In this document: piece after piece, positions 11,297 to 24,732 of the stretch
How positions within the stretch are numbered: the first letter of the stretch is position 1
How the letters are laid out: every line of letters starts with the position of its first letter
DNA from: Calcarisporiella thermophila CBS 279.70
Lineage: Eukaryota; Fungi; Calcarisporiellomycota
Reading direction: 5' to 3'
Length of the DNA stretch: 64,000 bases
Assembly (NCBI RefSeq): GCF_041956535.1
Contig: NW_027192200.1
Span: forward strand, 391,477 to 455,476
The notes under the pieces: model-generated
Seen by the model: only the letters and a program-made list of their open reading frames with translations
Databases searched by the model: none
Told to the model about the DNA's origin: nothing
Position numbers and translations under genes: made by a program

Positions 11297-12627
11297 TTAT
11301 ACAAGGGACGAGGTAAAGATATCCTTGCTACGCAGTGTCCATCGGACCCGTTTGCTAGGAGGGAGAAATTCCAATAGCAGCTTCATTTCCCCAATATTGT
11401 TCTCACGTTTGGTTCGCTCTGAAGCTTGTATATTGGCAGTGCAATCCATACACACAACTCGCGCCATCCGCTTCTGGACCGTGTTTCCACAACAATAACA
11501 GTGCTTGGTGTAAGCCATTGTGTCGCCCAGAGAGACGGAGGACGAACGGGGAGGAGTGCCTGGTGTATTGGAATGCGCTGAGATATTCTGATGCTGAGGA
11601 GAAGAGCTAGTCACTGGAACACTTCCAGTGGATGCGCTCATTGTGGTGGAAATAGGATGGGTATGAGCGGAAGTGGAGTTTTGTCGGGACTTGGGCTTTT
11701 TAGGCATCATGGAAGAGGCAGAGCCAGGAGAGGAGTCATTACCGCCAACTCCTGCACCCGCGCTGGTCTTTGCTGATGTTGTGACAATAGCCGCCGATAC
11801 AGATGTAATGGTGACATTACTGCCTGAAGCAGGTGTTCCGCTGGCAGGCTTTTTGCCATAATCGGATGGTGATTCTCTCTTGAGCCCGGGGACATATTGT
11901 GAATCCGTTCTCCCAACACTTGGTAATCCATCGCTTGGTGATAAAGGATCGCCCCCGTTCTCCGAAACAAAACCGGCATTTCCTTCTCTTCGTGCATCGC
12001 TCTCGCGACGTTTCCTCTTTCTCACTCGCTCAAGCACTGAGCCATCCTCTCCTAAATCCCTTCGCAGCATTAATCCTTCTTCGTAGAGGGCCCCTAATTC
12101 CAGTATATCAATGCGCTCCTCATCTCTGACCCACTTGAACAGGGGAGGCATTCTTCCCGTCTCCCAGTAGAGGGTTGCCATGATGACTGCCTTATCCCGC
12201 CTAAACTGATCAGCATTAGGCCCACGGAGATATGAAAGAAATGGAAGACTACGTGGATTGAATGGCTGTGACTCATTTTTCTTGACCAGAGAGCTTGTAA
12301 AAGGCAATGCGGACATTAGTGTTGCGCATAAAAAACAGGCGACTTCTCAGTTACTTACAAAGATGCATCCTCAAAATAACAGACCAAGTATTCACTCTCG
12401 TTTGGAGGTGTCACATCGTTATCCATTTTCATTTTAAAAATATCGAACTCTTCTGCCGGTACAACCTGAGAAGATCTGCTGTTAGATCAGAGAATTTCTA
12501 TATGCATAATTTATAATGTTACCATGGCCGGCCACCAATATGGTGCATCTGGATCTTGTGGATCAACAAAAACCACCCTTCGTTTCGGTCGCTTTTTCTC
12601 ACGCTTTATCACAGCCGATTTGTCCAT
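11297..12627 (-). CDS. PWWP-like domain protein with C-terminal Cys4 zinc-finger-like motif
   Basis: Exon 1 MDKSAVIKREKKRPKRRVVFVDPQDPDAPYWWPAM, exon 2 VVPAEEF...YLVCYFEDASF (PWWP/Tudor-like), then the long exon with CYCC...CMDC. Confidence 0.7.
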
Positions 12628-12769
12628 GGGCTTTATGCTTTTGTGAGTTGATGAAAAGTAAAAGATCGTAGCGAAGTGCGAAAAAAATAAAATTTGGCGA
12701 CGTCACGATTATTTTTACATCAATTTTTCTATGGGTCTGAAGTTTAGAATAGATCATAATTCCAAAGAA

Positions 12770-13067
12770 ATGTCGACTCTCGCTGATCCTCACAGTAGGT
12801 TCTTTAGTAAACTTTAAATGCCCATCCATTGCTTATTCTAATGTAATACATCTAGGTGTTCTTGATAATCGCACTAAAAAGTTGCGTGAAGACTGGATCA
12901 AATCAATGGAAATCCGCATTGTGCGCGATCAGCTCAGTAAATGCTACAAAACAGAGGGAGTTAACCACTATCAAAATTGCCAACATCTTGCCCAGCTTTA
13001 CATGCAAGTGCTTCGAGAAAACCGATTTGAAGGATTCCGTGTGAAGAAGCAGGATGCAGAGGAATAG
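12770..13067 (+). CDS. NDUFB10: Complex I accessory subunit NDUFB10 (fungal 12 kDa subunit)
   Basis: Short exon MSTLADPH, an intron, then LREDWIKSMEIRIVRDQLSKCYKTEGVNHYQNCQHLAQLY (C-x11-C with EGVNH motif). Confidence 0.88.
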
Positions 13068-13552
13068 GTAGTGAATCAATTTACATCCTTTGCGTATACC
13101 GTTATTTAATCTTGAATGTACTAAATATCCTCCTTTTAGTAGCGAGCAAGACATTGTGGACTCATAGAATATGGGCATAATTGAGAGGCATTTTTGGTGC
13201 GTTTTATAATATACTTATGTATTCTTCTTCACCCTTTAGACCAAATAAACTAAGTTTCAATATTTTTTCTGCATCTTTTCTTCTTCTCCTTTCGGTTGCA
13301 AAGTATCTAAATTATTTCGAATATCTAATGATACCACTGTATTCCAACTAAAAATGAGATTCCATTGTTCATTATTCATTATTATTCGACCCCAAACGTA
13401 TGCTTTTTTTCATATCTCGTGGTTCCTTTAATCTAATCCCTTCCTCTTGTTCCCGTCTGTTATCTCAAAATTACTGCGCCCCAATTAATCAACGATAAAT
13501 TTTCGGTCAAATCTTTTATCTCTGCTTATATTGCCCAACCATATATTTCACC

Positions 13553-14120
13553 ATGACTACTTTGATCAACGCCAATCCAACAGTTTATATTCCTTCTAAA
13601 ACTTCACAGCGTGTGAGCACAGAAGATGAGGAAAACGAAGAGGTCGAGGATCCGATCGATGCCCAAGAGATCTTCGGTAATAGGATATTTGATTTTCCAA
13701 ATCTTCAATTAATATGCTTAAAGCGCCGCTCTCTAATAATTATTCCTCGTTTTTTTTTTAGATCTAATACGTTCCATTTCCGATCCGGAGCATCCTCTTA
13801 CACTGGAGCAACTGAATGTCACTCAGAAGGAGCATATCCATATTTCTCCTAATCATATTCTTGTCGAATTCACCCCCACTATTCCACATTGCTCAATGGC
13901 TACCCTTATTGGGCTTTGCATTCGAGTGCGCCTACTACGGTCACTCCCGGAGCGCTTTAAAGTGGATATCAAAGTGAGGAAGTCTACGCACCAATCGGAG
14001 AATGCTGTAAATAAACAATTGAATGATAAAGAGCGAGTGGCGGCAGCTCTAGAGAACAAAAACCTTTTGGAAGTAGTGAATCAGTGCCTGGCAACTGCAT
14101 CAAAGCGAGGAGTATACTAA
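13553..14120 (+). CDS. CIA2: Cytosolic iron-sulfur assembly component 2 (MIP18/FAM96B family)
   Basis: [12 protein letters not shown]|[59 protein letters not shown]. One intron. Confidence 0.95.
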
Positions 14121-14649
14121 AACAGAGGAAGCAAGGCTATATAATATATAGTAATGTTCTATTTTATCCTATTTTATTGAACAAAGAGCATTTTGGATAT
14201 GCATCTCATTGTAAAATTATAACTTATTTTTGAATAAATGCTTAAATGTTTAAATAAATCTTTCTTGATTTTATTCACCATCCGAGTGTAAAGACATGAA
14301 TTTCCCTGAAGGCTAACTCCATTCATCTGGTAACCCTATTATAGAGAACGAAAGATGGCCCAGTATTAGTGCCACTAGTTTGAGCGGCATAGCTTTTGCA
14401 ATTAAATGCACAACTAAATAAAAGCTAAATTATCCAAGCTCGATTTGAGATCGGAAAGTCGAGCAGAGTGGAAAAAGCCGGCTCTGTTCTCTCGGTGTCG
14501 CAGCACAGGTTGAGTGACGTTTACAGTGGAGAGCAAGTAGAGAATTAAAAGTGCGCTTTAGAGTTTCTTTTTATGTTCTTTTTTCTGGCTGCGAATTCCT
14601 TCCACCCCCCTTCAACGGAAATATATGAGCTCCAACAAGTATCAAGCAG

Positions 14650-17600
14650 ATGTATTGGATTAACGGCACAGCCAAAGCTTTCAGCGCGGCACACCGTTAC
14701 ATTGTCCGCCCTGAATCTCCCCCTGCCGCGATTAGTGAAGAGGGTGAACGGACAGTAGCTGCCGATGATGACGCGCCCGAATTCACTCCCGTGATCGCGT
14801 TTCAAAGGAATAGACACGGCACGCTTTTTGTTACAATAACCACCACGGAACTTCATCTGTGGTCCGCACGAGTAAATTGAATTTAGGTTTTGGTTTACTT
14901 TTCGACCTCTCTGACGCGATTGTTTTCTGTTACAGCCGACAACCGTGATCGCAAAAGTGTGCCGTAACCAGAAGTCTATCGAGGATTACGGTGAAAACCA
15001 CGATATTATATGGAAACCCGACTCAACATCGGTCACCGTGGTGGTACGATATGCTAATGCTTCTCTTGTCCACGATCTGCCTCTATTAACCTTTGCCTTG
15101 AACAGACGGCCAAGGGATATCTACTTGTATACAATTGTGTAATTTTAGATGACCTCTGCTTTCATTACAATTTCTCAACGCCACACCATTACACCCCAGG
15201 TCCGGGTGAAGGTCAAGGAATTCGAGCTTGTGGGTTAAAATTTCGATTGACAATCAAGATTGATGCTGGCGTTGCATGGTTCATCTCTATACAAATACCC
15301 TCGTGGATCGGCGTAATGCCTAACCTCTTTATTTGTTCTCCTTTTTTTAATTAGTGGTACATCTACGGAAGATGCCCTCATGATTTGCACCAAATCTCCA
15401 CCTGCTCTTCAAATTATTTCTTGGACCCCAGAAAAAATTCCCCCACGGACATGGCTCCTACATAGGATGAAATTTCTGCGTACGAAAACAAGTATATATA
15501 CATGTGCTTGGAAAATTTGACTCCTGGTACCTTTACTGACCCTCCACTCTCTGCATTTAGCTCCAGCGACATTACAAGATATCGTGTACGATCGCTCCAT
15601 GAATTTTTTCGTATGGCTTGTTTCAGACGGGCGAGCATATTTTGTACAACAAGCTAGCTCAAGAGTAAATTTAGGATATTACTAGATTTTTTTTACTTTG
15701 AATTTATTGATGGATATTCTTGATCAGGTCTCCTTATCAAGAGACAGTGTAGACCGCGCTTCGGGAGAGTGGTCGGGCTTTTGTTTCCACGGAAAAGAGG
15801 AAGAGGAAGAGGAGCTCTCGGATAAAAAACGTGGAACCTTTGTTGCCGTGAATGCACGATTCTCACTAATAGCTGTCGGAACTCAAGCGTAAATACGAAC
15901 ACCCTCTTCTCCACTCACTGATATGCTTAAGAGTCTCAAAACTGTTCTTTATAGGGGAGACGTGTTTATCTATTTAGTTAAAGATTATAATGGGCATGTT
16001 TTCCTCTCGCATACGCTCTCAATTCGGCAATCGATGCGCGGCGTAAGTCTTACTCCCACAGGAAAAGTGACCTCTTTGGCGTGGACATCCGATGGCTATG
16101 CAATAGCTGTCGGATGGGAGAATGGTGGCCTGTCGGTGTGGAGCGTGTACGGACGTCTCTTATCAAGTACAGTTCAGGACATCGATGACCCTCCATTGTA
16201 ATGAATATAATATATCTGAAATCATCAGTATAATCAATTGAGCTTTTTATTTGAAATTTTATTTATCCTCGCAGCTCGGAAAATTTTGCCGACACCTATA
16301 TGACTGGAGTGCAACAAATTGTAAGCCTTATTGCCAAATAACCTTTGTTTATAATCTTATATTTATGACGTTGTTACTTAGTGTTGGAGCCAAGGGAACC
16401 ATGAATTATTTATTTTACCAATTAGACAACTGGATACTGGTAATTATATATCTCTGTTTTGTTGATTCTTGTATCTGCCATCTGAACGTACGACTTATTT
16501 CTGTTAATAGTTGGGCATTTATACTCATTGCCTTTTGCTAAGTCTACCGTTACATGTCAACATAACCATGTAAGTTCAATTGTAAAATTTGGCTCTGAAA
16601 AAAGCAATGCATGCCACTCTTACCTATATTCATCCCGAAATTAGAATAATGTCAAGCGAGGATTTTTACAGACAGAGGATTGTCTGATGATATACACTGG
16701 AGCGGAGCACCGTGATATTCATACAATAGATCCTGATGCAATAGTTTGGCGATGCATACCAGTATGAAAGTCATCAATCAGTTATAATATTGCTTTTGCT
16801 AATTGGATTGTTTCTCTCATGATTAAGATCCCCGTAATGTACATAGCAGATAATTGGCCTATTCGGGTAACTTTTTTGGCTTAGTACTTTAGTCTACAGA
16901 CGATGATGTTTATTTTTTTTTCCATAAAGTACGCATGCATTAGTCCAGATGGACGCTACATTGCCGTTGCCGGCAGAAGAGGATTAGCTCATTTTAGCGT
17001 TGTATCTGGTCGCTGGAAAATGTTTGGGAATCAACAACAGGTAAACGCGGACGATTCCTTTTCCTTTCTCTTCTAGACCCGATTAACACTTTCCTCTAAA
17101 AAGGAGCGCGAGTTTTTCTGTCGCGGAGGATTGCTCTGGCATCGTCAAATTCTAATAGCAGCGTGCGAAGATGTAAAGACACGGTCACACGAGGTTAATA
17201 TTCTTTCCATGTCCCAGAGCGTTTCCCTTGCACTCTGTTCCTAAACATTTTACTATCCATACAGTTGCGGCTCTATTCTCGCGAGAAAAATCTGGATAAT
17301 TTCTATATGCTCCACGTCACCCCCCTCTCGCACCCCGTCGTCTTCATGAACGTGATTGGCAATTCTCTCCTTCTCTATCTGACTGATAATACTTTTTACC
17401 ACTACGATATTGTGGTTGGACCCCCTGGGCGGGGGAATGCTTCGCTTGTACTACAGCAACAGCTCTCCTTTGCGGGGATCGTGCATTTCCCAGCTAGGGT
17501 ACGCAGTATATCATGGTTTGAAACCAAAGCCACAGGTAGGCATAGTTCAATCTAGGTGAAGAGAAAGCGTGACATTAAATTTTATATTACATTGAAAGAT

Positions 17601-18994
17601 GCGCCGGTTGACATTCGAAAGACAACACTAGTTATCTTGATCGACGGGAAATTGGCCATGCTACATCCACTTGAGGTATTTTCAATTATTTGTTAATCTC
17701 CTCTCCCTTATTGGTTGAATTGATACTCATTTTTGACTGTTTAGACCTCTGAAGGCGATGTCCAGTATCAACTCACACTCCTTGCTGACAGCGTCGAGTA
17801 TTATTGGATCGCAAACCGTGCGATGGGTAGCCTGCAGAACTCGCTATGGGCATGTACGGGTGCTGGCATGAAGCTTTTTATGAATGTTGCATCGAGTGGA
17901 CGCGCGAAGCTCGAGGCTGCAGGAGAGCCTCCGCTAACACATGCTCGAAGCGCCCAAATCGCATTAGATTTCTATCCTCTATGTACGTGTGTCTTATTTT
18001 TCTTTTGCAATCATGATAAACTCCATGTTTTCTACTTAATTTTAGCTATCCTGATGGACAAGGGAATCGTTGTTGGTGTACATCAACAAGTCATAACTCG
18101 GAATACGGAATTTGCGCTTTTTAAACTTAATATGCAGGTAATTTACTCCGTCGTTTAACACGACTAACCCTGGCATTTCAATGCGAATTAAATAATGAAA
18201 ACTTTTTTTGATAATGCTTTGAATTAGACCCACTTATTCTTACATCACATATTTGAGTTCTTACTGGCCAACAAGTAGGCGAAAATCAACCCATTCCTCT
18301 CCCAGGGCGGTTTGACTAAAAGGCTAACCTTTTTCCCCATTTAGCTTTGACATGGAGACGGTACTCTTTGCTTCTTGTTTCAGCAACCTTGTGTATTTTG
18401 GGCATTCCCTCGAAATATTATTACACAACGTGTTGGATGCAGAGGCAGACAAGAAGCTCCCCCCATCACAAGGTAGTCTCGCCCCTCTCCGACTAGTTGA
18501 CACTGTTTTACTCAATTTGACCTGAAATAGAAACCGTCCTCTCTCGAGTGGTTGCATTTATTAAGCGGTTTCCTCAAGCACTCGACGTCATTGTAAGCTG
18601 CGCACGGAAGACGGAGGTTGCTCTCTGGGACTATCTCTTCTCGATTGTGGGAAATCCGCGCGACTTGTTTGAGCGGTGCATGGACGATCGGCTCCTTAAA
18701 ACGGCAACCTCTTACCTAATCATTCTCCACACTATGGAGCCGAATCTCGAGGTGAACGGGCAGGATACCGTGCGCCTCCTGCAAGAGGTGCTATCCGAGG
18801 GAGACTACGAGCTTGCTCAAGAGCTGGTGAGATTCCTACATTCCATCGACAGTAGCGGCCGAACCCTACGCGAAGCACTAAATAAAGTGGATTTGGGCGA
18901 AAATGGAAGTGTGGATCCCGATGGCAATGAAAATGGCGACGGTGAAGAAATTTTATTAAAGGGGATGAAAGATCTGAAAACGGATGACTCCTAA
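14650..18994 (+). CDS. RIC1: Ric1, subunit of the Ric1-Rgp1 Rab6/Ypt6 GEF
   Basis: Many short GT-AG introns. MYW N-terminus, beta-propeller segments ([18 protein letters not shown]|[21 protein letters not shown]) and C-terminal RIC1 domain ([41 protein letters not shown]). Confidence 0.93.
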
Positions 18995-19860
18995 AAATGT
19001 GTGCTCGTGGAATCAGCCCATGCCCTACTGGCTTTTTTAACCCATTTTATTATTTGTATAGTAGCGTTTCTTTTTAATATTCTCACTTTTTTTTTGTTAT
19101 TTTTCTCGTGATATTTTGGGGCGAAATATCCATTTTTTTTTTATTTTGGCCTTTTCAAACTATTTCTTCCAATCCATCTACCTTTTTTTTGGCTCTTTTG
19201 TTTATCTCTATTTCATTTCATTTCCTTGATAGATTTTGATTTCCTTTTCAAAGCTACTTTCCAAGCTATGTGAATTTTTTTAATTTCCCTTGTCTGTCTA
19301 CAGGAAAGGACCCTATCTTCTCTGGTATAAACAGCAAAAACTCAATCTAACTTGTTGCTTTTCGGTTTAAGCTAAGTATCAACTTGTATTATAAAGTCGT
19401 TCTATCCCTTTGATCCATGAGATGGACAATGCTAATTTGCTTACTAGAGCTTGTGTCAGAGCACTCTTTACAAAAGCTCTTGGATATCGAGCTAGTGAGC
19501 TTCAGCCAGAGGAGAAATTGACTATTCCAAAACAGCTAAAACATTACAAAGGCTCAGCGAGCCATCTACAACTGTTTTTTGCATTGTCGCTTTGCTTTTT
19601 GGTGCAAAGCTCCATGGAACTTTCACCTTGTGATTTTGTAGCTTGGTAATTTTTTTTTTCGTTACTCAAACACACACTAGAATTAGCGTCGTAAGACCAC
19701 GAGACATCGTTCGGGTTGATCCAATTTTTTTCGATCCAACGGAAAATAAAAAGTCAAATTATAAAAAAGAAAAACATAACGGGAAAAAAAACAAGCTGAA
19801 ATGAAAATCAAATCTACAAAAAAAAAAAGAATATATATTAAAGCACAATGGATAAAGTAA

Positions 19861-20720
19861 CTACTCTGTAGATAGGATCGGTGTTCCAAATAAAGATCCG
19901 AATGGCCGTACTCTATGCATGGCTGGAAGTTTTGCCACTAGCACGATGCACAAGGCTGTGAAGTTAATCATGAAGGTGAGAAGGTCGTAGTGTGTGTAGT
20001 GCGTGCTAAGAAGGAACCTAGGGTAATAAATGGAGTAAAGGTCAATCGCTTGGATACGAAAATCTATCTCGATACGGCCAAGGAAAAACTTACAGCACGA
20101 TTGGAGTTGCTGTCAAAAATTTGCGTGCAGGTGTGAATTGTGCTTCGTTATCAATTTGCTCCCTACAGGCAGAGAAAAACGGTGGATTGATCAGACACCA
20201 GGCATTCCAATATTCACTAATGAAGGGGAGTGGAAACTCATACCAAAGCGTCAAGTCATCGTATGCACCTTGGTGGTTCTCAAATGGTACTCCCTCAACC
20301 CCGTGAAACATGATGAAACTTCCCTGTGTGTACAAATTAATATCCAAGTTAAACATTGCAGCGTTCTAATGCGGAAATAGAAAAGAGTGGACGTACCATG
20401 TTATATGCTAAATTTGTTAACGTCCAGCTTGCTTCTGGTGAGATTCCAGGAATGATACCAAAGAAGGCTTTGAGGCAGATGATAAGGATAATTGTGGTTA
20501 CCCATGCGCCTGGATTCATCCATGGAATTTGTTAAGGTAAAGAGCATTAGAAGAAGAAAAGAAACAGACCGATCGATGCTCCTGGCATGGAGACGTCAAA
20601 CAGCAATGTCTAATTACCTTTATAATTCACCCAGGACACGCATAGATTCACCATCGCCGAGCGATCATGATTTTTATCATATCTCTGTAACTTCTTCTCC
20701 GTTTCCACAACACTTGTCAT
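19861..20720 (-). CDS. ORM1: ORMDL/Orm1 sphingolipid homeostasis protein
   Basis: Five exons: SWVNYK|GAW..., SWTLTNLAYNM|GSFIMFHGVEGVPFE...YDDLTLW|EQIDNEAQFTPARKFLTATPIVL|FLLSTHYTHYD...AKLPAMHRVR. Confidence 0.95.
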
Positions 20721-21861
20721 TTCTGGATATACCAAATTATCTATCTATATCGATCTGCGTAACAAAATGGTAGTACACTCTTTGCTTGCGCACTTTTCCC
20801 CCCTGAAGAATATAGTGTAATTGAAAAAATATCAGTTGCAAGAAGCGGGGATAAATAGTTTTTTCAATAATACGATAAACAAATAGTATGAAAAGGTAGA
20901 GAGATCGCAACAGCGACGAGAGGTAAGAAGACGGGGTCAAAAATACCAGGCTACTTGGGATGTAGGATGCTAATAAAGAATATCCTGAAGAAAATCCATG
21001 AGCATCTTTCCACCTCCCACAACTGTGCCGCACATCACGTGATATAAGAGGACCTTGAAGGGCTTCAATCAATTGACAAATCGATACAAATTCGATGTAG
21101 ACTTTAAGATCTTAACTAATGTATAAAGCATCGTGTCATACAGACAGCCTTGACGGACGTTGAATATTATTATCTACAAATATCATGTACAATATCAAGA
21201 CAAAAAGAATTGCTCTATCAGTTCAGCAACTGTATTTGATCGCAAAGAAAACTGTAGCTCTATTGTATTGTATTCATAGATATGGAAAGTTTGCTTCTTG
21301 CTCTCCTTATCATTTAACGATAACATTTTTCTACGATTACGAAAATTCGGGTAATAGTTTTACAAAGTAGTTAGTTAAGAAAGAGTTGAAAGTCCACTGC
21401 CAAGATGACAAAGCCGAAGTATTTAGTCACGCCATACCCAAATGTCCAGGATGAAGAATAAGAAATACAATGAGCTTAAAATTTATGGGTAAAAGACTGA
21501 TTGTGTTATCAATGGAATTGCTTTGAACTAGATGAATGTATAGAGGTATAAATATGGTAGATTTAGCAATTTTTTTTCGCTCTTATTCTCGGAAATGCCC
21601 ATCTTCTATACTGTAGTATGCAAAAGATGAGGTACACCTTCATTACAACTTGCAAATGAGGAATTTTTTTCCAAATGACACACTTCTATACCATTTGAGA
21701 AAACTCCAAGGTGGAGATAGAACGCGAATGAAGAGCTTTCTTTTTGAGAAAAGTTTATATAATAGAATCGAGAGAGAGATCAAATGAGGGTGAGATCAGA
21801 GAGGCTAGAACTCAATAAACCTTTTAATATTTCTTATTAACTAAACGTCTTAATATAGGTG

Positions 21862-23372
21862 GATATTGCATGATGCCACGGGATATTTGTTCTAACCCAT
21901 TGCTGGTTTATCATGTTACTTGTTTAATGTCTGACACGGAAAACGGCAAATCTTATGAAACCCTTTAGCTACTTGAACTTTCAAATCTTCTAAATTCCAT
22001 TAAAATTAAATGAATGCTGTGGTATGGTTTTGAACAGATAATAGCAGGACCAGCTGCATCTTGATTGTTTGCCATCTACGCTTAAGAAAACCTTGCCATA
22101 TAACTCCAGAAATTTATAATTTTAGAGAACGTAAAGTATCATTGGGCTTAACACATGACTCGTATGACCGTATTTGCTTTTCATTCTTGTCTCTGGCTAC
22201 GATACTGTTTGGGCAAGTTGACAAAAGGCACCATTTCATTGTCACTATTTGATAAGAGCTGAGAAAGAATTTTTTTATAGTTTTACTCAATATGGTTTTT
22301 ATTCGGTTATTACATTATTAAAAAAGAAATATTCCCATGCATAAAGCATCTACACGAGGAGGAGAGTAGGTTTGCAATTTAGCAAAGTATCCTCACCCAA
22401 CATCCGCCAGCGCTAATCCTAGAAGTCCATAAGCGAGGAGTAGTTTGGTAACTGCTCGAAACTTTGTGGATACATACCTGGTATATGCGTTCAAACACAT
22501 CTACATTATAGCCTTCAATCTGCAAAAGGATGAAGCTAAACGCATGCATATTTTACATCCTGTCTTTAAATATTAAGAAGAGATCACGGTCCCATATTCT
22601 TATGCGCAAAATACTAGTAAAATTTTTCGGAGATAATCCCATAAAGCGGTATGTAGAAGGTTCTCATCTAAGATATCTCTTATGTTGGATCAGAATATTC
22701 GTCACCGATCGAAGATAAAATGTTAAATCCAAGCTAATATAGAATAATTAAACTCTGTCATATTAACATTCTACGAAGCATGCACGGAGATCGTGTGAGT
22801 CCGGCTATCCCCTACTCCGCCTAAGAAGTTGGGAGAGACGAGTGCCCTTTGGGTCAAGGATGAGGTATCCACTTTGACGAGGTTTTTGGAGCAGCTGTAT
22901 GCACTGCAGCATTCGTTTTCAAATTTAATCGTACTCCTTTAAAATTGGAGAATCCTAAATGATAAAAAGAGCAAGAAAATCTGGTTTTCTCTTCATTCAC
23001 GGGATTGAGATCATGCGTTTCGCTTATGCATTCATGAGAAAGCAAATAATCGACATGCCATATAAGTCATACACAGGCTTTCCTCTTCCTCTCTGGAGAA
23101 GTATCATTTTGTATAAACTTTGTTATATTGAAAGCCCCTATCGCTGTCCAAATCAAACGCCATGAGAATCCTGCAGGCACGGAGTTTCTTCTTCATGCAT
23201 TAGCATTCGAGTTCGGAGTAAAGCAACAAAATATTCTCATAGATTCTGATTTAATTCTTGCAAATTTTTCATTTCTTATAAATATCGAGGCTCCTTCGCG
23301 AAACCAGGCCAAAAAAACCACAATTCACTACTTCACACTTTCGCAACTTGGAAAATCTCAACTGAGCTGAAA
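21862..23372 (+). repeat. Duplicated upstream/promoter cassette, copy A (precedes 112-aa ORF)
   Basis: Colinear diverged homology with 23967-24521 and 24733-25861. Shared words include GCCACGGGATA, ATAGCAGGACCA, GCCATCTACG..TAAGAAAAC, GAGGAGGA..GTAGG.TTGCAATTTA, ATTAACATTCT, CTGCA.GCACGGAGT and TATAAATA. Boundaries approximate. Confidence 0.8.
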
Positions 23373-23711
23373 ATGCCGTTTTATGTACACATTATTCCTC
23401 GCCATAACAGCCGCGAGCGCAGATACTTGGGGGTGTTCCCGAACGAAAAGATCCTAGATGAATGGTATGAGACGGCCAAGCGTGTGCGGGAGCAGAACAC
23501 GAATAAAGGCAAATACCTCATTGAGAGGGTATCTCCCGAGTGGTATACCTTGCCTGAGCCGGAAGATGTACGACAATTTATTGACGACGTGCAGCGACAA
23601 GAGATGAGTCAGTTTCAAGACAGGTGTTTCTGGACATTGTTGGACGATGTTGGCGGTCGGCAGATGCCCATTGTGGGAAAGCAACGCTATCATCAAGAAC
23701 CCGAGCCCTAG
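23373..23711 (+). CDS. Uncharacterised intronless 112-aa cytosolic protein
   Basis: Clean ATG-TAG ORF, GC-richer than its flanks, TATAAATA at 23277-23284, no signal peptide. Confidence 0.75.
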   Translation: MPFYVHIIPRHNSRERRYLGVFPNEKILDEWYETAKRVREQNTNKGKYLIERVSPEWYTLPEPEDVRQFIDDVQRQEMSQFQDRCFWTLLDDVGGRQMPIVGKQRYHQEPEP

Positions 23712-23966
23712 GCTATTCGAATGCGTCGTTGTTTACAATAGTGTCTTTAAATCTTTTAGGATATATTTCAAATCCTTTTATTGATTTTTTTGCCACTATT
23801 GTTTACTTTTCTTACTACAAATAAAAAGACTCGCTCCTATATCCTTTGTGGAAACTCAATGAGAAGATATATCGGGAATCGAAATATGATCGATTAAGAA
23901 GTGACCAAAGTGGTGAAAATACATTACGCCATTTAACTTTTAAAGTCAAATCTTTTAACATAATTA

Positions 23967-24521
23967 GATATTGCATGGTGCCACGGGATATATGTTCTAA
24001 CCCAATACTGGTTGATTCTATTATTATTTGTATATAATCTAATACGAAAGGGAGAACTCACTTTTGGGTCGCTCTAATTGACAAAAATCACCAAAACTTA
24101 TGAAAGCCACTAGTTTCTTGCTTTCAATTCACAAAAATTCCATTAAAAATAAATGAATGCTTTTGGATGACTTTGAACAAAAAATAGCAGGACCAATAGC
24201 GTCTTGACTATTTGCCATCTACGCGTAAGAAAACTTTCCAGATAACTCCAGAAATCCCTATTTTTCAGAGAATATTTTAGTTTCATCGAATTCACTATAT
24301 AAGTATTCATTTGCTCCTGCACTTGTTTCATGCTGCGATACTGTTTGAACAGGATGACCCAGGACACTAACCTTCCTCATACTCAACCTTTCTAGTTCGG
24401 AGAAAAATCTTGGGGAAAATATTCTCGTAACCCCTGATTTATGCCATGCGACATTTCCCCAATTTTTTTTTATTCCTTGCGTTTTTTGCAAGATCAACCA
24501 AAAACTAGAACCAAATTCAAT
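23967..24521 (+). repeat. Duplicated upstream/promoter cassette, copy B (internally deleted, TATA degenerated)
   Basis: 23967-24370 matches 21862-22240. 24411-24521 matches the core promoters at 23225-23330 and 25750-25861, but TATAAATA is replaced by a T-run. Confidence 0.8.
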
Positions 24522-24704
24522 ATGAATATTATAAAGCAATTCTTGTTCGCGTCTGTTGCGGTATTCGCCGTAGTCAACGGGGTCTGTGTGAGATATTGCA
24601 TTGAATGCCCTCCAGGAACACGTTGTGAAAATCAACCACTCTATTGTGGGCAAGGAGGCTATCCACCATAATATCGTATTCGTTGCGTTGGGGGGGATTA
24701 TTGA
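24522..24704 (+). pseudogene. Secreted Cys-rich peptide, copy 1, with premature stop
   Basis: MNIIKQFLFASVAVFAVVNG-VCVRYCIECPPGTRCENQPLYCGQGGYPP*YRIRCVGGDY*. TAA at 24669-24671 aligns with AAT (Asn) of the paralog and removes the sixth Cys. TATA box lost. Confidence 0.75.
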
Positions 24705-24732
24705 TAATATGACTCTGAACAATTATTATCCG

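Noticed and set aside
24669-24704. Programmed readthrough or recoding in peptide copy 1
   Set aside because: TAA-T is a poor readthrough context, and concurrent TATA loss favours pseudogenisation. All other genes fit the standard code.
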